Shown: positions 1 through 9,057, counted from the first letter of the stretch. The stretch is 33,231 nt of DNA from Candidatus Nealsonbacteria bacterium (GCA_003561025.1 PWII01000060.1:1-33231), one strand, 5' to 3'. Numbers and translations are program-made. The notes: generated by a model from the letters alone, not told the origin.

Positions 1-2
1 AT

Positions 3-842
3 ATCTATATAGGATTTTATATCGGACTTACCGCTCTTGTTGTTCCGCCGATACTTATGAAATTATTTTTTGTAGTCTTGGTTCTGCTTATCGCCTATAG
101 AGTTGTTATTGCACTGTCACAGGTGGTTGATTTTTTTGCCTTTAAATATATTAGAGCAAAAGAGGGAGTAGAGAGAAAAGCGGTGCTCAAGACCATCTCT
201 AACATAGCAAAAGCACTCTTATGGCTTTTTGCACTTCTTGTTGTTCTTTCTATCTTTGGCGTTAATGTTACAGCTATTGTTGCCGGTATGGGTGTGGGCG
301 GAATTGCGATTGCCTTTGCCTTGCAAAACATATTATCTGATCTTTTTAGCTCTTTTTCAATCTATTTTGATAGACCTTTTATTGAAGGGGATTTGATTGT
401 TGTTGGTGATAAGTGGGGAAATGTTGAGAAGATAGGAATGAAAAGCACTAGGATAAGGTCGTTGCAGGGGGAAGAAATTATATTTTCAAACAAAGAGCTT
501 ACTTCGGCTCAGATTCACAATTATAGAAGAATGGAGAAGAGAAGATCCGAGTTTAAAATTGGAGTTATTTATGATACTCCGACTCAAAAATTAAAAAAGA
601 TACCCTCAATAATAGAGAAGATTGTCACAAAAGAAGAGCTAACTGATTTTAGTAGAGCACATTTTACCGGATTTGGTGATTTTTCTCTTGATTTTGTAGT
701 TGTCTATTTTGTTGAATCGCCAAATTACCAGATCTTTATGGATACAAATGAGAGAATTTTTCTAAAAATTAAGCAAGCCTTTGAAAAGGAAAAGATAGAG
801 TTTGCTTATCCGACTCAAGATATTTATTTAACAAAAAGATAA
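3..842 (+). CDS. MscS-family small-conductance mechanosensitive channel (N-terminus possibly outside window)
   Basis: The track ORF is 57..842 with ATG at 57, but the frame stays open and hydrophobic back to nt 3. Three TM helices are followed by the MscS pore/beta-domain signature GMGVGGIAIAFALQNILSDLFSS...FDRPFIEGDLIVVGDKWGNVEKIGMKSTRIRSLQGEEIIFSN. Confidence 0.85.
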   Translation: MYIGFYIGLTALVVPPILMKLFFVVLVLLIAYRVVIALSQVVDFFAFKYIRAKEGVERKAVLKTISNIAKALLWLFALLVVLSIFGVNVTAIVAGMGVGGIAIAFALQNILSDLFSSFSIYFDRPFIEGDLIVVGDKWGNVEKIGMKSTRIRSLQGEEIIFSNKELTSAQIHNYRRMEKRRSEFKIGVIYDTPTQKLKKIPSIIEKIVTKEELTDFSRAHFTGFGDFSLDFVVVYFVESPNYQIFMDTNERIFLKIKQAFEKEKIEFAYPTQDIYLTKR

Positions 843-859
843 AAGTGTAGGCCCCTTCC

Positions 860-3172
860 ATGGAACTATTAGCATCACTTTATGACAGCTTAAATACAGA
901 TTTGAACATTCAAGCGCAGCTTGCAATTGTCTTGTTCGTTGCTTCTCTTCTTGGAATTTTTTTTAGAATTTTTAAACAACCCCTTGTTCTTGCATATCTT
1001 GTAACAGGGATACTTTTTGGAGTATTCGGATTTTTGAATCTGAGAGAAACGGAAGCGATTGAACTTTTTTCGACATTAGGGATAATGTTTTTGCTTTTTC
1101 TGGTCGGAATGGAGATGGATTATAATGCGATAAAAAAGACAGGAAAACTTTCTCTCGCAATAGGTCTTGGACAGGTAATTTTTACCGCTACAGGAGGGTT
1201 TTTAATTGCACACTTTTTATTCGGATTTGAGATGCTGGCGGCACTTTATATTGCAGTGGCACTAACCTTTTCCAGTACGGTAATTATTGTTAAACTTTTA
1301 TCTGACAAGGGCAGCTTGACAACACTTCATGGAAGGGCGGCAATAGGATTATTATTGGTGCAGGATCTTGTTGTGATTATTATTCTAATAGTACTAAATG
1401 CGATTGAGATAGGGGAGGGGTTTGGATTTTTATCAGTATTAAGAATAGTGATTGCGGGAATTGGTCTTTTTGGACTAATGCTTTTCTTGGGAACTAAGGT
1501 CTTTCCATACCTCTTTCGTAAAATTGCGACGTCACAAGAACTTCTCTTTCTGGTAAGTTTGGCGTGGCTTCTTGTCTTTGCTACAATTGTAAAACAATTC
1601 GGCTTTTCTGTTGAAATCGCCGGTTTTTTAGGAGGAGTTGCACTTGCAAATTCGGCAGAAAAACATCATATTTCCAACAAGATTAGACCTCTACGAGACT
1701 TCTTTATATTGATATTTTTTGTCTTTTTGGGTTCTTTAATGGTGATTTCAGAATTTGAAGGCTTAATTATGCCGGTTATCTTGTTTTCTCTTTTTGTTCT
1801 TGTTGGAAATCCGATAATTGTAATGATAATTATGGGCATTATGAGACATAAGAAGAGAACGGGATTTTTAACCGGCGTTACTGTTGCTCAAATTTCTGAA
1901 TTCAGTCTGGTTTTTGCAATACTTGGTCTTTCACTCGGTCATATTACGAACGATATTTTTGCTATTATTGTTGCGGTAGGAGTTGTTACAATTACATTAT
2001 CAACATATCTTATACTCTATGCAGAAAGAATCTTTCCTTATCTCTCTAGTTTCCTCTCTCTTTTTGAAAGAAAAAATGCATACGAGGAACAAGGAGACTA
2101 TGGTGTTTCAAAGCCGATTATCTTGATTGGCGCAAACAGAATTGGAAGGGGGATTATAAATTATATAAATGAAAAAAATCTTCTTGTTATCGACTTTGAT
2201 CCAGTTGTAAGCGATTACCTAAAAAAGAAGAATATTGATCGGATTTTTGCCGATTCCAAAGACCCTCACCTTTTTGAAGAGTTAAACTTGGAAAAGACAA
2301 AGCTCATCATATCTACAAGCCCTGAATTTGGCGATAATCTTACTCTGATAAAGAGGATAAAACATATTGATAAAGAGATAAAAGTTATTACAAGGGCTGA
2401 AGGTGAGGAAGAGGCATTGCTTCTTTATGAAAATGGTGCTGATTATGTTTTACTGCCACATTTTCTTTCCGGCAAGTATTTGGGTGAAATTATCGATTCT
2501 AAATTTGAGTTAAGATATTTAAAAGAGAAAAGAGAAAGAGCTTGCTTTCCTCAAGAACAATTTATGATAATTGATAAGATAAAAAAGAGATCTTCTCTTG
2601 GAGAGACAAAAAGATACATTTTGCCATCGTCTGTAATCTTTCTTCTCTCTTTTTTTGTTGGCGTATTTTTTTTCTATCTTTATCCCGATACTGCCGAAAA
2701 GTATTTGCAAGAACTAATTGATACTTTTTCTCCGATACTAGAGTCTTTAGGACCAGTAGAGATGGGCATCTTTCTCTTTGTTAATAACTCTGTAAAGATG
2801 CTAATTTTTATCTTTTTAGGGACATTATTTGCAATTCCTACAATCTTTTTTTTAGGTGTGAATGGATTTGTTCTTGGTTATGTCTCTTTTTTTATTTATC
2901 TCTCCTTTGGCTTTGTTAATCTTTTTAACAGCCTTTTTTATCATGGCATATTTGAAATTAGTGCACTAATTATCGGCTCTGCAGCCGGTATTAGATTGGG
3001 CTTTATCTCTTTTTCTAAAATTAAAGATAACAGGAAAGAGAGATCTTTAAAAAGCCTTATAATGCTTGATAAGGAGGTCTTTAAGGAGGTTTTCGGAATA
3101 TATCTCTATCTTGTTCTACCACTCCTCCTTATTGCGGCGATTATAGAGACATATCTAATCTTTTATTTATGA
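860..3172 (+). CDS. CPA2 (Kef/NapA-type) cation:proton antiporter fused to an RCK/TrkA-N domain and a C-terminal SpoIIM/DUF95-like membrane domain
   Basis: 770-aa ORF with ATG at 860. Residues ~1-400 are multi-TM and CPA2-like (QPLVLAYLVTGILFG, GLLLVQDLVV, GFLGGVALANS). Residues ~415-555 are a Rossmann-type RCK domain (KPIILIGANRIGRGIINYI...LVIDFD...GADYVLLPH). Residues 569-770 are DUF95/SpoIIM-like (FVNNSVKM, GVNGFVLG, YHGIFEISALIIGSAAG). Confidence 0.8.
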   Translation: MELLASLYDSLNTDLNIQAQLAIVLFVASLLGIFFRIFKQPLVLAYLVTGILFGVFGFLNLRETEAIELFSTLGIMFLLFLVGMEMDYNAIKKTGKLSLAIGLGQVIFTATGGFLIAHFLFGFEMLAALYIAVALTFSSTVIIVKLLSDKGSLTTLHGRAAIGLLLVQDLVVIIILIVLNAIEIGEGFGFLSVLRIVIAGIGLFGLMLFLGTKVFPYLFRKIATSQELLFLVSLAWLLVFATIVKQFGFSVEIAGFLGGVALANSAEKHHISNKIRPLRDFFILIFFVFLGSLMVISEFEGLIMPVILFSLFVLVGNPIIVMIIMGIMRHKKRTGFLTGVTVAQISEFSLVFAILGLSLGHITNDIFAIIVAVGVVTITLSTYLILYAERIFPYLSSFLSLFERKNAYEEQGDYGVSKPIILIGANRIGRGIINYINEKNLLVIDFDPVVSDYLKKKNIDRIFADSKDPHLFEELNLEKTKLIISTSPEFGDNLTLIKRIKHIDKEIKVITRAEGEEEALLLYENGADYVLLPHFLSGKYLGEIIDSKFELRYLKEKRERACFPQEQFMIIDKIKKRSSLGETKRYILPSSVIFLLSFFVGVFFFYLYPDTAEKYLQELIDTFSPILESLGPVEMGIFLFVNNSVKMLIFIFLGTLFAIPTIFFLGVNGFVLGYVSFFIYLSFGFVNLFNSLFYHGIFEISALIIGSAAGIRLGFISFSKIKDNRKERSLKSLIMLDKEVFKEVFGIYLYLVLPLLLIAAIIETYLIFYL

Positions 3173-3804
3173 TTTTTTCTTGTATTAAAGACGGTACAAT
3201 GACAGATAAAGAGAATATAGCCTTATTCTTAAAAAAAAAGGGGCTTAAATTTAGTAATTTAGTTTTGTGTGAGCAGGTTCATAAAGATAATATCAATGTC
3301 GTTTCAGAAAAAGAAAAAGGCAAAATTATTAATAGCTTTGATGGCTTAATCACTAAAGAGAAGAGTCTTTTGCTTGGAGTCATTGTTGCAGATTGCCTTC
3401 CCGTTTCCTTCTCCTCAAGAGATATTTTTGGAATTGTGCACGCCGGGTGGCGGGGGATTGAGATGGGTATTATTGAAAAAATAGAAAAAGAGATTAAAGA
3501 AATGGGCAGAGATATAAAGAGCTTCCTATTTGAAATTGGGCCCAGTATCGGTCCTTGTCACTTTGAGATAAAAGAAGATCTTTTTGATAAATTCAAGAAG
3601 TATGATAGCTTTATACAAAAGAGAAACGGAAAAATTTTCTTAGACCTTAAAGGGGTAGTTAAAGAAAAAATTAGAAAGATGGGTGTAGATAGAGTTAAAG
3701 ATCAAAATATATGCACTTTTTGCAATAATAATTATTATTCTTTTCGTCGTGACAACGACAAAAAACGAATAATTGTGATTAATTATTTAAATAACAAGAG
3801 ATAA
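3169..3804 (+). CDS. pgeF: YfiH/PgeF-family (DUF152, laccase-domain) protein, peptidoglycan editing factor-like
   Basis: ATGA start/stop overlap with the upstream gene. Family motifs present: VADCLPV, VHAGWRG, GPCHFE, CTFC...YYSFRRD. Confidence 0.8.
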   Translation: MIFSCIKDGTMTDKENIALFLKKKGLKFSNLVLCEQVHKDNINVVSEKEKGKIINSFDGLITKEKSLLLGVIVADCLPVSFSSRDIFGIVHAGWRGIEMGIIEKIEKEIKEMGRDIKSFLFEIGPSIGPCHFEIKEDLFDKFKKYDSFIQKRNGKIFLDLKGVVKEKIRKMGVDRVKDQNICTFCNNNYYSFRRDNDKKRIIVINYLNNKR

Positions 3805-3807
3805 AAT

Positions 3808-4686
3808 ATGAAAAAAATAACAAAAGCTGTAATTGCGGCAGCGGGGTATGGCACAAGATTTTTACCGGCGACAAAAAATCAACCAAAAGAGATGCTGCCG
3901 ATAATTGATAAACCGATTATTCATTATCTGGTTGAAGAAGCGGTGAATTCTGGAATTAAAGATATTATTCTCGTTACTCGTTCCGGACAGTCATCACTTG
4001 AAGACTATTTTGATTCTAATCGTGAACTAGAGTATGAGCTGGAAAAAAACAAAAAATCAAAAAGACTAAGAGAGATAAAGAAGATTCCGAAGATGGCTAA
4101 TTTTATCTATGTAAGACAAAAGGGCGATTTGCCATATGGAAACGCGACACCGCTTTTTTCTGTTAGATCAATTATTGATAAAGATGAGCCATTTGTCTAT
4201 ATGTTTGGTGATGATTTGACCATATCCGATGTTCCTGTAGTTAAACAACTTAAAGATGTTTATGAGAAAGAGAAAGCAACGGTTGTTTTTGGGGTGCAAG
4301 AGGTTCCAAGGGAAGAAGTTCATAAGTATGGAACAGTGCGGTACAAAAAAGGAGCTTCATATAAGTATGAGATAGAGGAGACTTGTGAAAAGGTTCCGCC
4401 GGAAAAAGCACCCTCACGAAATGCTACTTTTGGAAGATTTATCTTTTCCTATGAGGTGATTGAAAGAGCCCTAAAGACTCCTCCGGGGAAAGACAACGAA
4501 TTATGGGTTGGTGATATAATAAATTCACTGGCAGATGACGGTAAAAAAGTAATTGCACAACCCGTAGAAGGGGAGTGGCATACAACAGGCGATCCTCTAA
4601 ATCATCTCAAAACATCTTTTAGATTTGCTCTCTTAAGAGATGATATTAAGAAAGAGCTTAAAAAATATTTAAAAAAGAATATTTAA
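3808..4686 (+). CDS. galU: UTP--glucose-1-phosphate uridylyltransferase
   Basis: N-terminal nucleotidyltransferase signature AAGYGTRFLPATKNQPKEMLPIIDKPIIHYLVEEA. The 292-aa length is typical. Confidence 0.9.
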   Translation: MKKITKAVIAAAGYGTRFLPATKNQPKEMLPIIDKPIIHYLVEEAVNSGIKDIILVTRSGQSSLEDYFDSNRELEYELEKNKKSKRLREIKKIPKMANFIYVRQKGDLPYGNATPLFSVRSIIDKDEPFVYMFGDDLTISDVPVVKQLKDVYEKEKATVVFGVQEVPREEVHKYGTVRYKKGASYKYEIEETCEKVPPEKAPSRNATFGRFIFSYEVIERALKTPPGKDNELWVGDIINSLADDGKKVIAQPVEGEWHTTGDPLNHLKTSFRFALLRDDIKKELKKYLKKNI

Positions 4687-5582
4687 GAGAAGAGTGATCC
4701 GATTATATCTAGATTGCCTTGAAGAAATTCCTTTGAAGTAACTCTATTTTTTCCCTCAATTTGCAATTCATCGATAAGAAGAAAATCTTTTCCTGTTTGA
4801 ACCGCGATTCTGTTATTTGTCCCTAGATACAATTTACCCGGAGGGCCAAAGGGACCGTGTTTTGTCTGTTCTTGTGTATCCGCTTTAAGTATTTTAAATA
4901 TTTTTCCATTCAGCTTTGTGAACGTTCCCGGCCACGGATTTAATCCCCTAACCATCTTTTCAATTCTTTTTGCCGGATTATTCCAGTTTATTAGGCCATC
5001 CTCCTTCTTAAAGGCTCTTGTGTATGTTGCTCTTTCATCGTCTTGTGCAACGGGAAATATATCTTCATCTATAATTTTTTGTAAATTTTTTGATAGTAGA
5101 TTTGCACCTCTACTTGCGAGTAATCTTTCTGCATCCTTGTAATAGATTTGTGGGTTTAGGGCAACCTTCTCTTTTACAAAGATAGGACCTGCGTCCAATT
5201 TTTCATTTATCAAAAATATGGAAATACCGGTCTCTTCTTCTCCACTCAGTATTGCATTTTGAATGGGTGTTGCCCCGCGATATTTTGGAAGCAGTGAAGG
5301 GTGTATATTTATAAACTTAAATTTTTGAAGAATCTCTTTCGGAATAATTATACCTAGCGAAACAACGATTATAAGGTCAGGCCTCTCTTCTTCTATGATT
5401 TTAAAAATATCGTCCTTGCCTACAAAATTTATTATTCTAACGTCCTTTTCTTTAAGATAATTTTTTAGAGACTCCTCCTTTTCTTCGGAAGTAAGAAAAA
5501 GATCAATATTAACATTATGCTGAGTAAGCTCCCTAATAGCTATATCACTAAACTTGCCATTACCGGCATATATTATCTTCAT
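4683..5582 (-). CDS. fmt: Methionyl-tRNA formyltransferase
   Basis: Formyltransferase core INIHPSLLPKYRGATPIQNAILSGEEETGISIF plus a C-terminal Fmt domain. ATG confirmed at 5582. Confidence 0.9.
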   Translation of the reverse strand: MKIIYAGNGKFSDIAIRELTQHNVNIDLFLTSEEKEESLKNYLKEKDVRIINFVGKDDIFKIIEEERPDLIIVVSLGIIIPKEILQKFKFINIHPSLLPKYRGATPIQNAILSGEEETGISIFLINEKLDAGPIFVKEKVALNPQIYYKDAERLLASRGANLLSKNLQKIIDEDIFPVAQDDERATYTRAFKKEDGLINWNNPAKRIEKMVRGLNPWPGTFTKLNGKIFKILKADTQEQTKHGPFGPPGKLYLGTNNRIAVQTGKDFLLIDELQIEGKNRVTSKEFLQGNLDIIGSLFS

Positions 5583-5603
5583 TTTTTTATCTATTTTATA
5601 TTT

Positions 5604-6353
5604 TTATTCCTCTTTTCTCCACTCAATATCTTTTTCTTCTCCGGCAAACTCAAGCCATTCGCCGGTAGAAGAGCTTATAACATACCACTTCCTTTTGGTA
5701 TTTGACCATATCATAGGTTCATTACGAAAATAGGGCAAATCTTTCTTTTCTTTTGGTTTTAAGTTTTTAATCTCCGGCCACTTCTTAATAACTGTTTCAA
5801 TTGCATAATCGAGGTTTCGTGATTTGGCCCATAAAGATACTTTATTAATTGCGTCTAAGGCAACGTCAACCGATCCTGCCAGATAGAGAAGGTCTTTTGC
5901 CGGCTTTGTAAAGCGGGAATAGATGATTTTCCGTTTTTTTGCATCTTCTTTTATCTCTTCAATAGAGAGTCCCTTCTTTTGAAAATAGTAATTTACGATT
6001 TTTTGTATATCAGAATCTTCTTTTGTGGAAAGGGAAAAAGACAAAGACCCACCGCAATCTTCAATATAGTTAAAAAAAGCGTAGAGAAGACGCATATAAG
6101 AGATAATAGTACTCTCTTTTAGATTTTTTCTTTTTAGATAATTTCTGTAATTTTTAATCTCTTTTTTTTCTATCTCTTCTGGTAAAAGGTTTATCATTTC
6201 TTTGCTTACAAGCCAATCTCTAAAGAGAAGTATTTTTCTCTTTTTATCCTCAATAGTAGAGGGAGAAAGTTTTTGTCTTTCTATCTCTTTTATAAAAGAT
6301 GAGAAATAAGAGGTAATCTCTTTATCGTCTTTATCTTTTTTTGTTAAATTCAT
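5604..6353 (-). CDS. Hypothetical protein with a tyrosine-recombinase core-binding (SAM-like) N-terminal domain but no catalytic domain
   Basis: 249-aa ORF with ATG at 6353. The N-terminal ~100 aa parallel the N-terminus of the Xer protein at 18477 (LSPSTIEDKKRKILLFRDWL...IKNYRNYLKRKNLKESTIISYMRLLYAFFNYIE). No R/HxxR/Y catalytic residues follow. It lies 21 nt upstream of fmt. Confidence 0.7.
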   Translation of the reverse strand: MNLTKKDKDDKEITSYFSSFIKEIERQKLSPSTIEDKKRKILLFRDWLVSKEMINLLPEEIEKKEIKNYRNYLKRKNLKESTIISYMRLLYAFFNYIEDCGGSLSFSLSTKEDSDIQKIVNYYFQKKGLSIEEIKEDAKKRKIIYSRFTKPAKDLLYLAGSVDVALDAINKVSLWAKSRNLDYAIETVIKKWPEIKNLKPKEKKDLPYFRNEPMIWSNTKRKWYVISSSTGEWLEFAGEEKDIEWRKEE

Positions 6354-6365
6354 CTTATTTTCATT

Positions 6366-6644
6366 TTATAAAAATGATTTTATTCTCTCTACCTCTTCTT
6401 CTACAATTTTTCCGGAGTATTCTCCTGCGTGATCATTTGCATGTTTATATCTTGCCGGTTTTTGGTCTAGGTGAATATCTATCTCTCTCTTTTTGGCATT
6501 GTAATATATATGAAATCTCGGATATCTTCCTCCGCTAAGCGATCTTATGTATGAATTATCGGCACCGAATCTATCTTTGTGATAACCGATATCTCTAAAA
6601 AAATTATAGAGATTTCCAGAAAAATTATTTAATGAAAATTTCAT
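6366..6644 (-). CDS. Hypothetical small basic His-rich protein (92 aa)
   Basis: ORF with ATG at 6644, 12 nt upstream of the next minus-strand gene. It contains RFHIYYNAKKREIDIHLDQK...HANDHAGEY. I recognise no family. A TATAAT on the minus strand (6664-6669) lies 20 nt upstream. Confidence 0.55.
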   Translation of the reverse strand: MKFSLNNFSGNLYNFFRDIGYHKDRFGADNSYIRSLSGGRYPRFHIYYNAKKREIDIHLDQKPARYKHANDHAGEYSGKIVEEEVERIKSFL

Positions 6645-6755
6645 GTTGTAACTATATCATAAAATTATAAAAAAGTTAAAACAGAAAAGAAATATTTTGT
6701 TATTTTTATTCTTTTTTGGTATTCTTTTTGTAGAATAAATAATATTTTATAATTT

Positions 6756-7331
6756 ATGACAAGGCGAGTATTTACCGCAATTGATTTGCCAAAAGATATT
6801 AAGAAGGGTATTGCAAAGACAAGAGATGATTTAAAAGATAGATTTGATGAAAAAGTGATAAGATGGATCGGGGATGAAAATCTTCACATCACTCTGCTTT
6901 TTCTTGGAAAAATAAGAGAAGGGGATTTAAAAAAAATAATTTCTCAGCTTGAAGAGATAGAGGAGAGTGGGCCTATTAAGCTTGCATTAAAAGAAATTAG
7001 ATATTTTCCCAAAGACGAGAGAGAAGCAAAGATGATTTTTTTGAATATTGAAGGGGAGGGGATTAGGATGCTTTATCAAAAAATAAAAGAGAAGATTGAA
7101 CCCCTAAATATTATTAAAAAAGAAGATAATGAGAGAGAATTCATTCCGCACATTACATTGGGAAGAATAAACCTTTGGAATTTTCGCAAATATGAATTAT
7201 TTGAAATACCAGAAATTGATGAAATTATGAATCTGGAATTTTATACTAATTCTTTCTGCTTAATGGAGAGCCAATTAAAAAATAGAGAGGTTTTGTATAG
7301 GACAATTAAAAGATTTAAGGTGATCAGTTAA
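6756..7331 (+). CDS. thpR: RNA 2',3'-cyclic phosphodiesterase (2H family, LigT/ThpR)
   Basis: Two HxT motifs at the expected spacing: NLHITLLFLG and IPHITLGRI. Length 191 aa. Confidence 0.85.
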   Translation: MTRRVFTAIDLPKDIKKGIAKTRDDLKDRFDEKVIRWIGDENLHITLLFLGKIREGDLKKIISQLEEIEESGPIKLALKEIRYFPKDEREAKMIFLNIEGEGIRMLYQKIKEKIEPLNIIKKEDNEREFIPHITLGRINLWNFRKYELFEIPEIDEIMNLEFYTNSFCLMESQLKNREVLYRTIKRFKVIS

Positions 7332-8633
7332 ATGAATATTCATTTTGTAGGAATAGGAGGCATTGGAGTATCTTCATTAGCAAGACACTACTTTGCGGAA
7401 GGGCACAGGGTTTCAGGATCAGATACAGGTTCTATTGATGAGTTAAAAGAAGAAGGAATAGATGTATATAACAAGCATAGTGCTAAAAATATTTTTCCGG
7501 AGACGGATCTCTTGGTATATAGTAATGCCGTAAAGAAAGATAATCCGGAGATAAAAGAGGCGAAAAGACTTAAGATAAGATGTCAAAGTTATTCAGAGGC
7601 TCTTGGAGAGCTTACAAAAAAGTATTTTACAATTGCTATCTCCGGGACACATGGGAAAAGTACGACAACCGCGATGACTGCTCTACTTATGATTGAGGGA
7701 GGGCTTGATCCGACAGTTATTATTGGAACAAAATTAGAAGAATTCGGAGGTAAAAATTATTTTAAGGGAAGCTCTAAGTATCTACTTATCGAAGCGGATG
7801 AATATAAGGCCGCTTTACTAAATTATTTTCCTAAGATTGCTCTTATCTCTAATATTGAAGAAGATCATCTTGACTATTATAAAGATATTGACGACATTCT
7901 AGATACTTTTGAAAAATATCTAACAGAGAACTTAAAGATGGGAAAAATTATCTTAAATAAAGACGATAAAAATAGTGAGGTTTTAAAAAAAAGATTAGAA
8001 AAGAAGGGCAAAAAGGTAACTTCTTATTCTTTAAAAGATAGCTATGTTAAAAAGATAAATCTTTCTGTTTTTGGGAAGCATAATCTCTATAATGCTGTTA
8101 GTGCTTATCGTATCGGAAAAGAGCTCGGAATAAGAGAGGATAGGATTTTATCCTCACTTTTAAAATTTAAGGGCACTTGGAGAAGATTTGAAGAAAAAAG
8201 AGTTATGCTTGAGAGTGGGAAAAAGATAGATATTATTAATGATTATGCTCATCATCCGACAGAGATAAAGGCGACTCTAAGCGCGGCAGGAGAGAAGTAT
8301 CCTGAAAGAAGAATAATTCTTGTTTTTCAGCCTCATCAGTACGAAAGGACTTACCGTATGTTTACTGATTTTACAAAAGCCTTGTCTTGCCCCAATGTTG
8401 ATATAACCATAATTACGGATATCTATTCTGTAAAAGGAAGGGAGTCAAAAGAGATTATAGAAAAAGTGAGTGGAAGGGCTCTAGCAAATAGTGTCAAAAA
8501 TGCCATTTATGGGGGAAAAATGGAAGAAACAAGAGATATCTTGGCATCGGTATTGCAGGGAGATGAAATTTTAGTTATAATGGGGGCAGGAGATATTTAT
8601 AAATTAGAAGATAAGCTTAAAGGTCAACTATAG
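7332..8633 (+). CDS. murC: UDP-N-acetylmuramate--L-alanine ligase
   Basis: The start abuts the thpR stop. Motifs present: IHFVGIGGIGVSSLARHY, P-loop ISGTHGKSTTT, and a Mur ligase C-terminal domain. Confidence 0.95.
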   Translation: MNIHFVGIGGIGVSSLARHYFAEGHRVSGSDTGSIDELKEEGIDVYNKHSAKNIFPETDLLVYSNAVKKDNPEIKEAKRLKIRCQSYSEALGELTKKYFTIAISGTHGKSTTTAMTALLMIEGGLDPTVIIGTKLEEFGGKNYFKGSSKYLLIEADEYKAALLNYFPKIALISNIEEDHLDYYKDIDDILDTFEKYLTENLKMGKIILNKDDKNSEVLKKRLEKKGKKVTSYSLKDSYVKKINLSVFGKHNLYNAVSAYRIGKELGIREDRILSSLLKFKGTWRRFEEKRVMLESGKKIDIINDYAHHPTEIKATLSAAGEKYPERRIILVFQPHQYERTYRMFTDFTKALSCPNVDITIITDIYSVKGRESKEIIEKVSGRALANSVKNAIYGGKMEETRDILASVLQGDEILVIMGAGDIYKLEDKLKGQL

Positions 8634-8661
8634 CTACAATTATTAAGTAATAAATAAAAAT

Positions 8662-9057
8662 ATGTTTGATGCAAGATTTTTAATAGTTCTTCTTTTAGCC
8701 GGCTTTGTCTGGTATCTAATGCAAAAACAGAAAGAGAAGAAAGAAGGAAAGGAAGGAACAAAAGAGAGAGAGGATGTAGAAGAGATGGAAGAGGAAATGG
8801 TTGAGGAAGAGATAAAAGAAGAGGGAGAAGAGATGATGGAAGAAGAGGGAGATAGTGAGATGGAAGAAGAGGGGGATAGTGAGATGGAGGAAGATATGGG
8901 TGAAGAAAAAGAGGTGGTAGAAGAAGATACAAGCAAAGAGAGAGGGGATGTAGAAGAGATGAAAGAAGAGATGGGCGAAGAAGAGAGAAGAGAAGAATCA
9001 GAAGAGATAATGGAAGAAGAGGGAGAAGACGAAATAGAAGAAGAGAGAGAAGAGTAA
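8662..9057 (+). CDS. Hypothetical membrane-anchored, extremely Glu-rich repeat protein
   Basis: ATG at 8662. One N-terminal TM helix (FLIVLLLAGFVWYLM) precedes ~100 aa of E/M/G/K/D low-complexity sequence with internal repeats. The ORF is bracketed by the murC stop and a hairpin terminator. Confidence 0.55.
   Translation: MFDARFLIVLLLAGFVWYLMQKQKEKKEGKEGTKEREDVEEMEEEMVEEEIKEEGEEMMEEEGDSEMEEEGDSEMEEDMGEEKEVVEEDTSKERGDVEEMKEEMGEEERREESEEIMEEEGEDEIEEEREE
8836..8883 (+). repeat. Two tandem copies of a 24-nt unit ATGGAAGAAGAGGG(A/G)GATAGTGAG (MEEEGDSE)
   Basis: Read directly: 8836-8859 and 8860-8883 differ at one base. A longer ~40-nt segment at 8761-8800 recurs at 8935-8974 with a few mismatches, offset by 174 nt. 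Confidence 0.9.

Noticed and set aside
8624-8936. Two minus-strand ORFs (102 and 97 aa) rich in S, L and P, lying opposite the Glu-rich ORF
   Set aside because: They are the mirror image of a polypurine GAA/GAG tract, which has no stop codons in its antisense frames. They are low-complexity, overlap each other and the murC end, and have no start context. The + strand ORF, which has a TM anchor and a downstream terminator, is the better explanation.
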